DNA of 64,000 nucleotides, taken from positions 62,434,001 to 62,498,000 of the forward strand of contig OX597828.1 in the NCBI GenBank assembly GCA_951406725.2, read 5' to 3'. This document shows positions 13,160 through 25,935 of the stretch, piece after piece; positions within the stretch are counted from its first letter, which is position 1, and each line of letters begins with the position of its first letter. A model generated the notes under the pieces. It searched no databases. It saw only the letters and a program-made list of their open reading frames with translations, and was not told the origin of the DNA. This DNA comes from Octopus vulgaris (taxonomy: Eukaryota). The translations under genes and the position numbers were made by a program.

Positions 13160-13537
13160 CTAGCAGTATTGCCCGACGTTGCTCGGGTTTGTTTCAAATT
13201 TTTGTTGGAAGTTTTGAAAAGTAAAAATTTTGTATCATGTAGCTTGTTATTCTCTTTAAGAGAACATTTTGCTGATTGAAATACACCGAAAAATGGCAAC
13301 ATGGCAGTCAAAAAATCGTAAAAAATAGGGATTTTCATAGAAAAAAAGCATCTTTTTGATGTAAATAATTTTTGGTGTTAACATGGTCCAATTTGAATTT
13401 TTTCTTCTACAGAATGAAGAGCAAGCCTTCTTCTATCATACTCTCAATTTTGGTCAACTTGCACCACAGGGTCTCGGAGGAGATAATGTTAGTTGAAGGC
13501 TACCAAACCTGCCATTTCAGCTTTATATATAGAGAGA
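13160..13537 (-). mobile_element. Non-autonomous Helitron-type element
   Basis: On the minus strand: 5' TC, 3' hairpin CCCGAGCAACGTCGGG about 8 nt before terminal CTAG, inserted between A and T; 3' end shared with 38677-38979. Confidence 0.75.
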
Positions 13538-14994
13538 TTTTACTGAGTTGAGAATGGAACAGATTACAAAATTATAAACAGAAGAATAAAAACAAACCGA
13601 AATGCAGTTTTGACTTGTGGAGACTTTGGGAATTTTGATTTTACAATATTGCATTTTATAGCATTTTGTGTCATCTTCAAAATGAAATGGCATTAAACAA
13701 AAACAGCATGTCTGTATGTCTATCAATATGTATACTGTTTGTGTCCATTTAACTATATTGTATGTGTGTGTGCATGCGTGTGTGTGTGTGTGCTAGGACC
13801 TGGTTTTGAAAAAGAAAATTATAACCTAGTTGAAGAAAGAAGATTAGCAACCATATCAAAGATTGTAGAGGGTAAAGCAGCAGAAGTGATGAAGATCCTG
13901 CAAGCCATCATATGTAAATATATGTAAATATAGATTTGAAATATTTCAGTTTTATTTCTTAATGAAATAGTTTATTTTATTCATTTCATTCAAATTTATT
14001 AACTATTTTTATATATTCATCACCCAAACATTGTGTCATTGCTGATGATGATGTTTATATTTTAACTGTCGAAACAGCTGTAGCAAATAGGAATATAACA
14101 TAGAAGTATCAGTGGGATCTTTGCTTTTTATTCATCTGAACATTTTGCTCTGAACATTCTTGTTAGCTAATCTGTGTCTACACAAACTCATTCCTTGAGT
14201 TCGTAAATTCAATAGAATTTTTCTTATTATTATGCTTAAGCACTAATTCAGTAATGTGTGTGTGTGTGTGTGTAAATTCCTCACTGGAGGAACCTCTACA
14301 TTACTGAAATTTAATGAAGCACTCTGCAATTTTAGAAACACAGTGCTACTACTGCTTACAGCATTGCACCTCTCCCCCCTGCTGTTAAATATTCACATTG
14401 AGAGATGGATCATTTTTGAACCATGAGCCTGGTTGATCTTGTAGACCTAAACTGTTTGATGCCACCACCTGGTACTTGAGGGCTTGTAGTTCAGCCCAGA
14501 GTAGCAAATATTCTAATATCAAGGGATCTAATAATATTTTGATACTTCAGCATCAAAGTCATCATAGGGGTTCATCAACCACCACCACTACTCTCACCTG
14601 TCCCTGCTGTGCCCTTTACAATCTTGGAAGCCCTGAAAATGATAGGGTTGCCGACCTTCATTCTTTGACTAGGCTGTGATTTGTTTTCATTTAAATTTAG
14701 GGCCCAGTGACTATATATCACTGAGCAGATTCTTTTCTGGTTGTGTGCCCCTGTCTCTTCTGGCCAGTGGAAGGAAAAAAGAGGGAGTCCACAGCTAGGC
14801 ACACTATGAACCTCTGTGTCCACTCCACTGTAAATCACACACACACACACACCTATACATGCAGTTTTAAACCTCTCTCTCTCCCTTCTTCCCACTCCAA
14901 TATATCTCACATTTTCAGATCATCTTTACATATGGGTGGGGTGGGGTGGAGAAGAGTTACAGCTGTTGACAAAGGGGGTGGTGAGTATGATTAT

Positions 14995-15027
14995 TCAAGC
15001 GGTGGTGGTGGTGGTGGTGGTGACGAC

Positions 15028-15076
<49 letters not shown>

Positions 15077-15471
15077 TGGTGACAATGTGGTGATGATGGC
15101 TGTTGTGGTACACGTGGTGGTGGTGGTGGTGGTGGTAATGGAAATTACAGTAATGATGATGGTAGTGTTAGTGGTAGCGGGTGGTCCCCCCCCCCACCGC
15201 AAGATGGTTATGGTAGTGGTGGTGGGGTTTACAAAGGTGTTAGTAGCATTTGTGATGTTAATGATGGTGGTGGTGGTGGTGGTGTGCCACCAGTCTGATA
15301 ACCACTATTGGCTACCACTACTACCACATCCACGACCGCCACTACCATAACCACAACCAACACTATTAGACACTATTATAAATACCACCACCACCACTGG
15401 CAGATATGACAAGACTGGTTTCACACAATCTTTGATATCTGACCCTATTAAATTAGCTGGCAATTTAGACT

Positions 15472-15539
<68 letters not shown>

Positions 15540-15560
15540 ATAGTAGTAGTAGTAGTAGTT
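14995..15560. repeat. Trinucleotide repeat cluster (GGT)n, (GAT)n and long (TAG)n
   Basis: Directly visible; (TAG)n at about 15472-15558. Confidence 0.9.
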
Positions 15561-16540
15561 GGTGTTGTGGTGCGATGCAGTGGTGGGGCTGGGTAGAAAG
15601 CAGGAAAGCTTTTATTATATCAAATGTTGCCATGGCGATGACATCTTACTTCAGACTGCAATATTACCCACCGACATACCCACCCAACCATCCACCCCTG
15701 CTCCTGCTGCTATCAACATCATTATTGTTATTGTGGTGGTGGTAGTGGTTGTTGTTTTGTTGTTGCCACTCAAAAATGCCATGAAAAAAAGTAAAAATAT
15801 ATGAATACTTTTACACACACATACACACGAATATACATATCTATTTACATATATGTATGTAAGTGTATGTATACACACACCTACATGCATCACATTTGCA
15901 CATGTATGTATGTATATTTACATGAGAGAGTGAGATGTAGTCATACACACACTCATATATATATGTGTGTGTTTATATATATATGTATATATATACACTC
16001 ACTGATACACATATACAGTTTTTAAACCTGGATTTGCTTGGGAATAAACAGAAAAATTAGTTCTCATATGACCTGTAACCGAAAACCTTCTGGAATGATC
16101 AGTAACAACAACAACAATTAGATTGTGAGTGGTGACAGTGGTGGTGGTGGTGCTAACACAGTTTTTTTTTCTCGCCTCCTTTCTCTCTTCTCCCCACCCA
16201 CCCTTGAAACATAACCATTCTGTTCATCATCGGGGTATCACTAAATATTTTTGCCTTTGTCTCATGTATCTAAGGAGACTCCTTGATGTCAGGGTGTTGC
16301 AGGTGTTGGAGTCAACTGGTGGAATTTGGCCAAAAGAGCTCAGCAGATAATGTGTCCTATCACCAGACACCACTGTGCTGGGTTTTGTGCACCCAGATAT
16401 GGAATTTTCAAAATGGTCTCAGAATGAGCTTGGAAACTAAACAATGCAGTAGATAGTTCAGTACTTGTGTTTGGGTGTGTTTCTGGGACAGAAAACTGTT
16501 TTGAGAGTTTGTTGTGAAGAGTCATCATTGAGAAAAATCT

Positions 16541-16725
16541 GAGTACTTCCCTTCGCTGTGTCCTCCTGGACAGTCCTGAGGTCTTTGAGTACTTCCCTGA
16601 TATTGTGTACTCTTAGACAGTCCTCACTGAGATCAATGAGTACATCACTGTACTCCTGGTCAATCTTGATTGAGCAAATCTTCAGGAGTACTTCCCAGCT
16701 GTAGTGGACTCCTGGACAGTCCTGA
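16541..16725. repeat. Degenerate tandem repeat, 4 units of 46-51 bp with internal inverted repeats
   Basis: Units start GAGTAC at 16541, 16587, 16638 and 16686; consensus GAGTACTTCCC-N-GTGTACTCCTGGACAGTCCTGA. Confidence 0.75.
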
Positions 16726-17078
16726 TGGGGCAAACTGTAAGGAATACCTTGCTTAACATTGCAGGCAGAGCTGTTGTTGTTGTTGTGGTGATGGTGGTGG
16801 TGGTTGTGATGTTGTGTACTTCTGTTGCTATGGTGCTGAATGTTGCTTTTTTTTGTTAAGGTGGTGGTAATTGCAATTGATATGATGATGAAGACCTTGA
16901 GGCACAAGAATACTCCGGTGTCTGCTTGGCCGTCCTGAGATTTTGTTCCTTTCATCCAGTTCCTCTTTGTAATGTGTCTGTGTCCCATTATTTCACAAAA
17001 TTTGGATATTTGCAGGGATAAATGGAGCTGCTGTGTCCATAGTTCCCACTTATGTGCACACACACACATGCACACACA

Positions 17079-17296
17079 CGAGGGAGGGCTGAAAAGCTCC
17101 TGGCTTTGGGTAAAAGAAGATATATGAGGATCAATTAATTATGATTTTATTCAATATATTCTCCTCTCAGCTTCACACACTCATTGCAGTGGTTCTTTGT
17201 TTTTTTTTGTAGCCCTGTAAAAGAACTCAGAAGGCTGGGCTTCCAACCAGGCCTTCCACAATACTCTTTAAGCCAGGAACTTTTCAGCATCCCTCA
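17079..17296. mobile_element. Mariner-derived MITE
   Basis: Terminal inverted repeats CGAGGGAGGGCTGAAAAGCTCCTGGCTT / AAGCCAGGAACTTTTCAGCATCCCTCA; second copy inverted at 37660-37873. Confidence 0.8.
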
Positions 17297-17351
<55 letters not shown>

Positions 17352-19021
17352 AGTATACGATATGGACTCAGAGAGAGTTGTGTGACCACCAGCGAAAGCT
17401 CCTCATACTGGCTCAGTTAATTTACACACATACACACCATCATCATCATCATCATCGTCGTCATTTAACCTCTGCCCTCCATACTGGCATGAGTTAGATA
17501 GTTTGAGAGGATCTCACTACTCAGAGGAGTGCATCAGGTTTCCAATATCAGTTCTGGCATGGTTTCTCTGGCTGAATGCCTCTCCTAACACCAAAGCCAC
17601 TTTACAGAGAATACTTTTGGGAGCAAGAATATTTCTCTGTAGAATTCAGCCTTGGCACTTTAGGAATTTGTCTGTGACTGTGGCCTCTATTTGTAGTCTG
17701 ACTAAAATTTGGAAGATAGAAACTGCATGGAAGCTTGTTGGTTTTAATGTGTGTTTAAACCACATGGTTTCAGGTTCAGTCCCACTCTGTAGCACCTTGG
17801 ACAAGTGTCTTCTATTATAACTCTGAGCTGACCGATGTCTTGTCAATGAATTTGGTAAATGGAAACTGTGTGGAAGCCTGTCATGGATATATGTTTGTGT
17901 TTATACCTAACCACAGTTTGGCAATTAGTGTTGGTTTGTTTACATTCCTGTAACTTAGCAGGTTGGCAAAAGAAGACCAAGAGAATAGGTTCTAAGTTTT
18001 AAAAAATAAGTACTGGAGTTGATTTGTTCGACTAAACTCATTGAGGTGACATCCCCCCAGCATGTGTGTGTGTGCCTATAAGCATTGGCTCAAGAGTACC
18101 CTTAGTTTTGTGTTGCCAAAGATAAGGCTGCATGTCTAGTGTTGATGTCACAAAAAAATGCTTCCTGTAAATTCTGTAAAGAAATGGTTGGTGACAGGAA
18201 GAGCGTCCAGCCATAGAAATGATGCCAAAAAGGAATCGTACAAGAACCAGTCTATGGGAGCAGTTGTGGCTCCTAATAAGAATTAACTTAGGTTGTAATG
18301 ACCTGTCCATCTAACCTATGGGAAGAGGACATAAAAGAGAGGATGATGTATAGTTACCTGTTGAGAAAAAAAAGAACTCAATACAAATGTCGAGTGTATA
18401 TTTGTGATTGACGTTACAGTTCTTTCCAGTTACTGACCAATTTCATCTCCAGTAGATACGAAATTAGTCTAACACTGTGAAGAATTATATTTTCAATTTC
18501 CTCAGTGTGTGTGTGTTTGTGGGTGTGCATGCATATATGAATGTGTGTATGTCTGTGCAGTTGTGTATGTGTGTATATGTATGTTCATTTGTGTGTGTGT
18601 GCATATATGTATGTTCATTTGTGTGTGTGTGTGTAATTACAAACAAGGAGAATGGGATAAGCAAGTCCTTTTGTTTCATTACAATTGTTTCATTGAAATT
18701 TGATCTCATGAATATTGTTATTTCATGCAATAATGTACACAACAATTTCTTCATGAGGTCTTCAACTCAGCTCATCAGAAATTATTTCATATATTTATAC
18801 ATACATTGGTGCCATGCCTATGGTATTGCCACATGAAAACCATTGGTGTTGATGCCACATAAAAAGCACCCCGTACACTCTATAAAGTGGTTGGCATTAA
18901 GGAAGGGCATCCAGCCACAGAAACCATGCAAAAATAGATAATTGGAGCCTGGTACAGCTCTCCAGCCTCTGTCAAACAGTCTAACCCATGCCAGCAGAGA
19001 AAACAGATTAAATGATGATGA

Positions 19022-19056
<35 letters not shown>

Positions 19057-19059
<3 letters not shown>

Positions 19060-19230
19060 AGAATTCACAAAAAAAAGCAAAAGACGAAGACAGGTGGTGT
19101 AGACAACAAACAGATGTATTAGTATAATGCTCGGGAAGTGAAAAAGCCTTTAATGTTTCGAACCTACACTCTTCCACAGAAAGAAACAGGAAAAGAAAAT
19201 AAAGAATGTGTAGTGGCTAGCGATCTATCA
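19057..19230 (-). mobile_element. Short Penelope-like terminal element ending in (TA)n
   Basis: Colinear reverse complement of 55490-55660; related to 20731-20900; carries a hammerhead-like motif. Confidence 0.7.
19147..19184 (-). ncRNA. Minimal type I hammerhead-like motif (A6U core), decayed
   Basis: Minus strand reads TCTTT CTGTGGA A GAGT GTAG GTTC GAAAC ATT AAAGG. Confidence 0.5.
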
Positions 19231-19547
19231 TATATATGTATACACACACACACGCACACATTTGTCATCTTCATTTCATTCTTGCATTAGCTGTAATTTG
19301 TCAAGACAGATTGTCTGTACAGCTGGCCGGATGCTCTTCTTGTCAGCATCTCACACCTGTTACCAAGCAAGGTAATACCTTCTGTAATCCTCCAAACATA
19401 AAATAAGACAATGGCTGAATATACTACAAAGCAAGATTGCAAATGAATGATGCACTTGTACAATGGTAACATGTGCTTACAATTAGGCAAGAAGAGACAT
19501 ACATGTACCCACACCACATGTACACACACATATATACAAATACATAT

Positions 19548-19980
19548 GCCTTGACTGGCTTCTGTGCCGGTAGCACATGACCTGCTGTGCTTGAGGAGAC
19601 CTATTGAGTCAAGTACATCAACATCAAAATAAATATCAAATGGAAATTGTAGTTGTGATACCTGTGCCCGTGGCACATAAAAAGCACCAACTGAACGTGG
19701 CCAATGCCAGCGCCACTTTGACTGGCTTCCGTGCCGGTGGCACATAAAAAGCACCATCCGAACGTGGCCGATGCCAGTGCCGCCTTGACTGGCTTCCGTG
19801 CTGGTGGCACGTAAAAGGCACCCACTACACTCACGGAGTGGTTGGTGTTAGGAAGGGCATCCAGCTGTAGAAACACTGCCAGATCAGACTGGTGCAGCCT
19901 CCTGGCTTTCCAGACCCCAGTCAAACCGTCCAACCCATGCTAGCACGGAAAACAGATGTTAAACGATGATGATGATGATA
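19548..19980 (+). mobile_element. RTE-type LINE 3' UTR with internal ~63-bp tandem units and (GAT)n tail
   Basis: Three GTGCCGGTGGCACRTAAAAAGCACC units, then TTAGGAAGGGCATCCAGC...AACCCATGCTAGCA...(GAT)n; colinear with 36115-36520. Confidence 0.8.
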
Positions 19981-20565
19981 TAATGCCCATGTACCAAATC
20001 AGTGCTTCGCTGACCAGGTGGTCCACCTGTGTAACTCAGTCCTTGATGTTAACTTTTTAATTAAAGCTTCAGCTTTAAATCTGCCCAGGGTTATCTCGTT
20101 TTGGTATTTCCCATTGAGGAAAGTAAAGGGCCAGAAATGCATGCCTGATAATCCGCACTGGGTGGATATGGTGGTGTTTTTACACCTTTTACTGTAAGGG
20201 AGAACTTTTTTGCTCCATGGTAACTTCTGGGATTTGCCTTTGTCACAGACATACACTTTACCTACCCTAAAATACATTTATCCCTAATCACTGCTTGACA
20301 CTGATACTGCTATCATCATCATCATCATTATCATATATGTATGTATGTATATATGAATGAATGAATGAAACGATAGATAGAAAATTTTAATTTTGTCTGC
20401 CTTCCACCTCTGGTTAGAGTGGTTCAACAGGATCCAACAGGCCAGAAGAGCACGTCTCACTCCACTTTCAGTTTTGGCTTTGTGTGTGTGTGTATTCATT
20501 CAACTAAAATTCTTCAAGCCTGTGCCCCAGCATGGCCACAGTCTAATGACCGAAACAGATGAAAG

Positions 20566-20632
<67 letters not shown>

Positions 20633-20640
20633 GTGACAAT

Positions 20641-20703
<63 letters not shown>

Positions 20704-20730
20704 GTGACAATCCATATATATATATATATA

Positions 20731-21375
20731 ACAGGAAGCTTTATGAAAATAAACAAAAGACGAAGGCAGGTGGAAAACAAACGAACAATTGTATTAGTAT
20801 GGCGCTCAGGAAATATAAATAAAACAAGTCTTTAACGTTTCGAGCCTACGCTCTTCAACAGAAAGATACACAGAGAGAAAAACACAGAAAGAAGGACAGA
20901 AAAAAATGCGTGCAGTATAACGAATCAACATGGCGATCTGATTTCGGCCAGAGGTCAAAGATCAAACATGAGACGCGAGAGCGAAATAAGGGGAGATAAT
21001 AGGGTTGATAAAAGGGTTGAGGGACCAGCTAAAAGTGCGTGGGAGGGGTCTGGATGTGTGTATGTATAGGGTTGGTGTATGTATTAGTATGTATAAGGGT
21101 GTGTGTGTGTGTGTGTGTGTGTGTATGAGAGAGTATTAGTGCGTAAGATTGGTCTGGACGTGCGTATGTATGGGGTTGGTGTATGTATTAGTATGTATTA
21201 GTATGTATTAGTACGTATTGGTATGTATAGGTGTGTGTGTGTGTGTGTGAGAGAGTATAAGTGCGTATGCGGGGTCTGGACGTGTGTATGTATAGGGTTG
21301 GTGTAAGTATTAGTATGTACTAGTATGTATTAGTACGTATTAGTAGGTATTAGTTGGTGTGTGTATTAGTATGGC
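20731..21375 (-). mobile_element. Penelope-like terminal element with internal ~120-bp tandem repeats, ending in a long (TA)n
   Basis: First ~170 bp homologous to 19057-19230; three GGTCTGGAYGTGYGTATGTATRGGGTTGGTGTA units; distal boundary uncertain. Confidence 0.6.
20829..20866 (-). ncRNA. Minimal type I hammerhead-like motif (A6U core), best-preserved copy
   Basis: Minus strand reads TCTTT CTGTTGA A GAGC GTAG GCTC GAAAC GTT AAAGA: helix I 5 bp, helix II 4 bp with tetraloop, palindromic ACGT in place of helix III. Confidence 0.65.
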
Positions 21376-22534
21376 ACATCATATGTGAATATATATATAT
21401 TGTTTGTGTTATGTCTCAGTGATGATGAAAATAGCAACGATGACACTGATACAGGCTTCCTTGATTACTGTTGCTGTCTGAGACCATCTTGGAGAAATAA
21501 TGTCACCCAAGCTGAAGTCTGATACATTTCATTTGATATGAATTGTGTATGTGTGTGTGTGATGTTTATAATAACCGTGTGTCTGTCTGTACAGACTATA
21601 ACTGCCCTCGTTCACTGTTCTGCTTAGTTCTTCAGTATTGATTCCATTTTTGTATTTTACATTGTTGGTTCCATCATGTCTGTGACCTAGCTGGAGCACT
21701 ACTTTGTGTGTGATTCTTTTATTGGTTTTAGCCATTAGACTGCTTTCAAACTGGAATGACACTGTCTTCAAGAGCTTTCGTTCAAATGCTTTGGTCTCAG
21801 ATATGTATTTCGGTCTGGATGTGAGTTCCTTGACCTCTGTTTCTTGCATGGCTAATCTGCATTATGATGTGAAGGAACACAACACAACACATTTTACACT
21901 CTTGTTCTCTAACACATATACAAAAACACATGCAAACATGCATGCATGTATTACAGGCTTCTACATAGTTTCCATTTACCAAAGTATGGTCGTTGCCAGT
22001 GCTGCCTGACTGGCTCCCATGCCAGTGGCACATGAAAAGCACCGTTCAAGCATGGTCGATGGTCTTGTGCCAGTGGTGTTAGGAAGGGCATCCAGCTGTA
22101 GGAACCTCGCCAGATCAGATTGGGGCCTGGTGCAGCCTCCTGGCTTACCAATCCTCAGTCAAACCCATGCCAGCATGGAAAGCGGGTGTTAAACAACGAT
22201 GATGATGATGATGATGATGCTGTTACATATTTCTGCTAGAATTTACTACTTTCTTTCAACTGATTTTTAAAATAATGAAAGATTTAGAAAGATATCTTTG
22301 TCATTATTAATTTGGTTTTTGGAATGTAAATCAAGATGAAGATTACTTGGAAGATTTTAATTGAGATCTCTTTAAAGCAGGCAGTGTGTATCATAAAAGC
22401 AGTGGTGGTCTCCAGTGGGTTGGCACCAAAAGTGTGGAGTCACAAAGTTTTAGTCAGTCTGCAGCTATGATAGCATCAGTCAAGCTGCTACAGAAAGGGC
22501 TGAAGCTTGATTGCAAAGCTAGCTTCTTAACCAT

Positions 22535-22765
22535 ATCTATTTCTTTACTACCCACAAGGGGCTAAACACAGAGAGGACAAACAAGGGCAGACAAACGGAT
22601 TAAGTCGATTATATCGACCCCAGTGCGTAACTGGTACTTATTTTATCAACTCTGGAAGGATGAAAGGCAAAGTCGACCTCGGCAGAATTTGAACTCAGAA
22701 TGTAAAGACAGACAAAATACCGCTAAGCATTCCGTCTGGCATGCCAGTTTCTGCCAGCTTGCCGC
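22535..22765 (-). mobile_element. SINE family 2, young copy with longer 3' end
   Basis: Reverse complement GGCGGCAAGCTGGCAGAAAC...GAGTTCAAATTCTGCCGAGGTCGACTTTGCCTTTCATCCTT. Confidence 0.8.
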
Positions 22766-22872
22766 CATACCATTATACTGAACCATACCATTATACTTAT
22801 ACCCATACACATACAGACACACACACAAACACAAGTGTGAATATATATATATTTATCAATTTATTTATCTAT

Positions 22873-23200
22873 AGGTGCAGGTGTGGCTGTGTGGTAAGAA
22901 GCTTGCATCCCAACCGCATGGTTCTGTGTTCAGTCCCACTGCGTAGTACTTTGGGCAAGTGTCTTCTGTTATAGCCTTGGACCAACTAAAGCCCTGTGAG
23001 TGTATTTGGTAGGTGGAAACTGAAAGAAGCTTGTGTGTGTGTGTTTGTACCCACACCACTGCTTGACAACCAGTGTCAATGTGTTTATGTCACTGTAACT
23101 TAGAAGTTTGACAAAAAAGATTGAGGGAATAAGTACTGGGATCGATTCGATGGTGCCCCAGCATGGCCACAGTCAAATGGCTGGAACAAGTAAAAGAGAT
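22873..23200 (+). mobile_element. tRNA-derived SINE family 1
   Basis: GGTGCAGGTGTGGCTGTGTGGTAAG through GAACAAGTAAAAGA. Confidence 0.85.
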
Positions 23201-23202
23201 AT

Positions 23203-23239
<37 letters not shown>

Positions 23240-23732
23240 TAACCATGTATATATGAATGTAACCTAATATTTCACTGCTTTCTGTTGGACACATCTACAA
23301 TTCAAAAGAAAATTCGTATTTGTTTACATTTTATCACAAAATATTGTTTTACAATCATATATGTATGTGTATGTATGTGTGTGTATATATATGTGTCTGT
23401 GTGTATAACATACATATATACCCATATAATAGCTGTACACACACACACACATATATTCCAATAATAGAGCTGACATGCCTTCATTGCTTTAGTTTTCAGT
23501 TCCTTCCTCAATCTTTATCATTCCTTTCTCTCCTTCCTTACTCTACCTCTCTCTCTCCCTCTCTCCCCCCTCTGCATATATATATATATATATATCTTTG
23601 TATTCCAATATTCCTCTAGATTCATATATAACTGCAGCATCTCTCTCTCTCTCTCTCTCTAGGTATATATATATATATAAAATGTGTGTGTATGCCAATC
23701 TTCCCCTAGATACACCCCTCCCCCATACGTAG

Positions 23733-23771
<39 letters not shown>

Positions 23772-24894
23772 CTCCCCTATACTATTTCTATGCCTATGTC
23801 TTCCTGTAGATATATCCTCCATGTAACCCAATCAGGCCGCTATCATGTTACCATAGATCACCTCATCTCTATTCTATACTACCACCACCTCCCCCACCCC
23901 CGCAGCCGCCACCACCACCCTTCGCAAACATTCTGACTCTCTGCTCTCATTTGTTGTGTTCTGGGTGTGTGGGTATGTGGGGGGGGGGGGGGCTGTTGTG
24001 GTAGTGGTGGTGGTATTTGGTGGCAGTGATTGTGTTGGTGGTAGTAGTTGAAAAACTTACTCAAACGTCTGTATATATATGTGTGTGTGTGTCTGAGTGT
24101 ATACTCACATACACACACACATGGCTTTCTTTCTACCAATGGAGATAACTCAAGGAAGTAAATAGGGCTGTGTGAAAAAGAAAGATCCTTCCTTGTTGTT
24201 TTTAGCCCTAGGTCAACCTCAACAGAGCACATTTGTGATCAAACCATCCAAACCATGACTACTCCATAGAGTATGCAGGACTGTGTCGTCTAATGTGTCC
24301 TTTTCCATTCTCGAGATGTTTGAGCATGACTTGAATGAGATCTGGTTTTGCTTCTATTTCTAGCAGGTCGAGAGACTTGTTGATTCATAGCTGTTGCTGT
24401 AGCGATCAGCTAAGGTCCATTTATTTGTGTTGTATATATTTTGTGTATAATTCTTTCAAGGCCTGAAATTGGGGGAGGGGAGCAAGTCAATTACATCAAC
24501 CCCAGTGTTTAACTGGTACTAATTTTATTGACTCCCCAAAAGGAGAGAAAGGTAAAGCATACTTTGGTTGAATTTGAACTCAGAATTATATAAAGCTGAA
24601 CAGAAAATGTCGTCAAGCATTTTGTCTGCTGTCTTAACAATTCTGCCACCTCCCTGCCTTTATGTTGTGTTTACTTAAAGTGAGTGGATTAAACCTGGCT
24701 ATCTAATCATCTTCATCATTTACCATCCGTTTTCCATGCTGGCATGAGTTGGATGGTTTGACAGGAGCTGGCTAAACAGAAGACTGCACCAGGCTTCTGT
24801 GTCTGTTTTGGCTGGGTTTTTATGGCAGGATGCCCTTCCTGACACCAACCACCTTACAGAGCAGACTGAGTGCCTTTTATGTGGCATTACACTC

Positions 24895-25197
24895 TGTCGG
24901 TTCCAGTTGATCCAATCTACAGAACAGCCTGCTCGTGAAATTAATGTGCAAGTAGCTGAGCACTCCACAGACATGTGTACCATTTATGTACTTCTCAGGG
25001 AGATTCAACATCATGCAGAATGTCGCAAGGATAGCCCCTTTTCAAATACAGGTGCAATTCTTTTTTGCCAGCTAGGTGGACTGAAGCAATGGGAAATAGA
25101 GTGTCTTGCTCTAGGACACAATGCACCACTGTGAATTGAACTCACAACCTCACGATTGTGAGTTGAATACCCTAACCACTATGCCACATGTTTTCAC
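24895..25197 (-). mobile_element. tRNA-derived SINE family 3
   Basis: Reverse complement of the head and body seen at 45169 and 57391. Confidence 0.7.
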
Positions 25198-25890
25198 ATA
25201 TATAATGAAAAAAGGTATTGGAGGGGCAATGCATACCCTGCATGCACACCATGATATAAAACAAAATTTAATCTAATAATCTCAAATGAATTCATATTTC
25301 AACAAAATTACATCAAGAGTCATTTCCCCTACAAAAATTTAATGAGTTTATGCCACTCACCCAATGAGTATTTCTGCTAAATTTGGTGAAAATCTGTTCA
25401 GCCATTTTCCAGTAATTTTGAAAACACACAGAGTAAGATGAGTAACTACAATACCCTGTTTTCACTTGCATGCACACGGTAAATATACGCATAAGTAAAG
25501 TGGCTGGTAAATGAACAGAGAAAATGTAAGATAGGGATGTCCCTCTTTAGTATTGTCTTGAACAGGACCCCTTTAGTGTTTCCACTGTAAGAAAATGTGT
25601 CCAGTGCACCCTGTAAAGCGGTTAGCAAATAGAAAGACCATCCATCCATAAAATCTTAAGCTAAATGACATGTGTAAGAACCAACCAGTCTATGGAAACA
25701 GTGTCCCCCCCCCCCAATAAGGAGTGACTCAGACCATGATGACCTAGCCAAGCTATATCAGCATGGAAGGTGGATGTAGAAATGATGAGAATGGTGACAT
25801 CCACAACACAGGTACTTATATGTATGAGTACAAAGACATATATATATATATATATTTATATATATAATGTACTATATAATGTACTATATA

Positions 25891-25930
<40 letters not shown>

Positions 25931-25935
<5 letters not shown>

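Noticed and set aside
13050-13927. Protein-like short frames around the Helitron (GLFDDVQEINKQIKLL; EERRLATISKIVEG)
   Set aside because: No recognisable family and weak splice sites; may be chance or old TE debris.
14476-14910. Overlapping short ORFs on both strands with splice-like ends
   Set aside because: No domain, and I cannot tell either strand from chance.
16660-16725. Type III hammerhead in the tandem repeat (GTC...stem...CTGAAGA on the minus strand)
   Set aside because: No GAAA box after the putative helix II, and the other units lack CUGANGA.
16541-16725. CRISPR-like array
   Set aside because: Repeats are degenerate, spacing is irregular, there are no cas genes and the context is eukaryotic.
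16458-17075. 205-aa ORF with a His/Asn tract as a gene
   Set aside because: Starts in a TG repeat, has no recognisable domain, and its tandem repeat units fall in different frames.
20627-20713. Duplicated AAAAAGTGACAATCCA between TA arrays
   Set aside because: Explained by slippage duplication or an assembly artefact within (TA)n.
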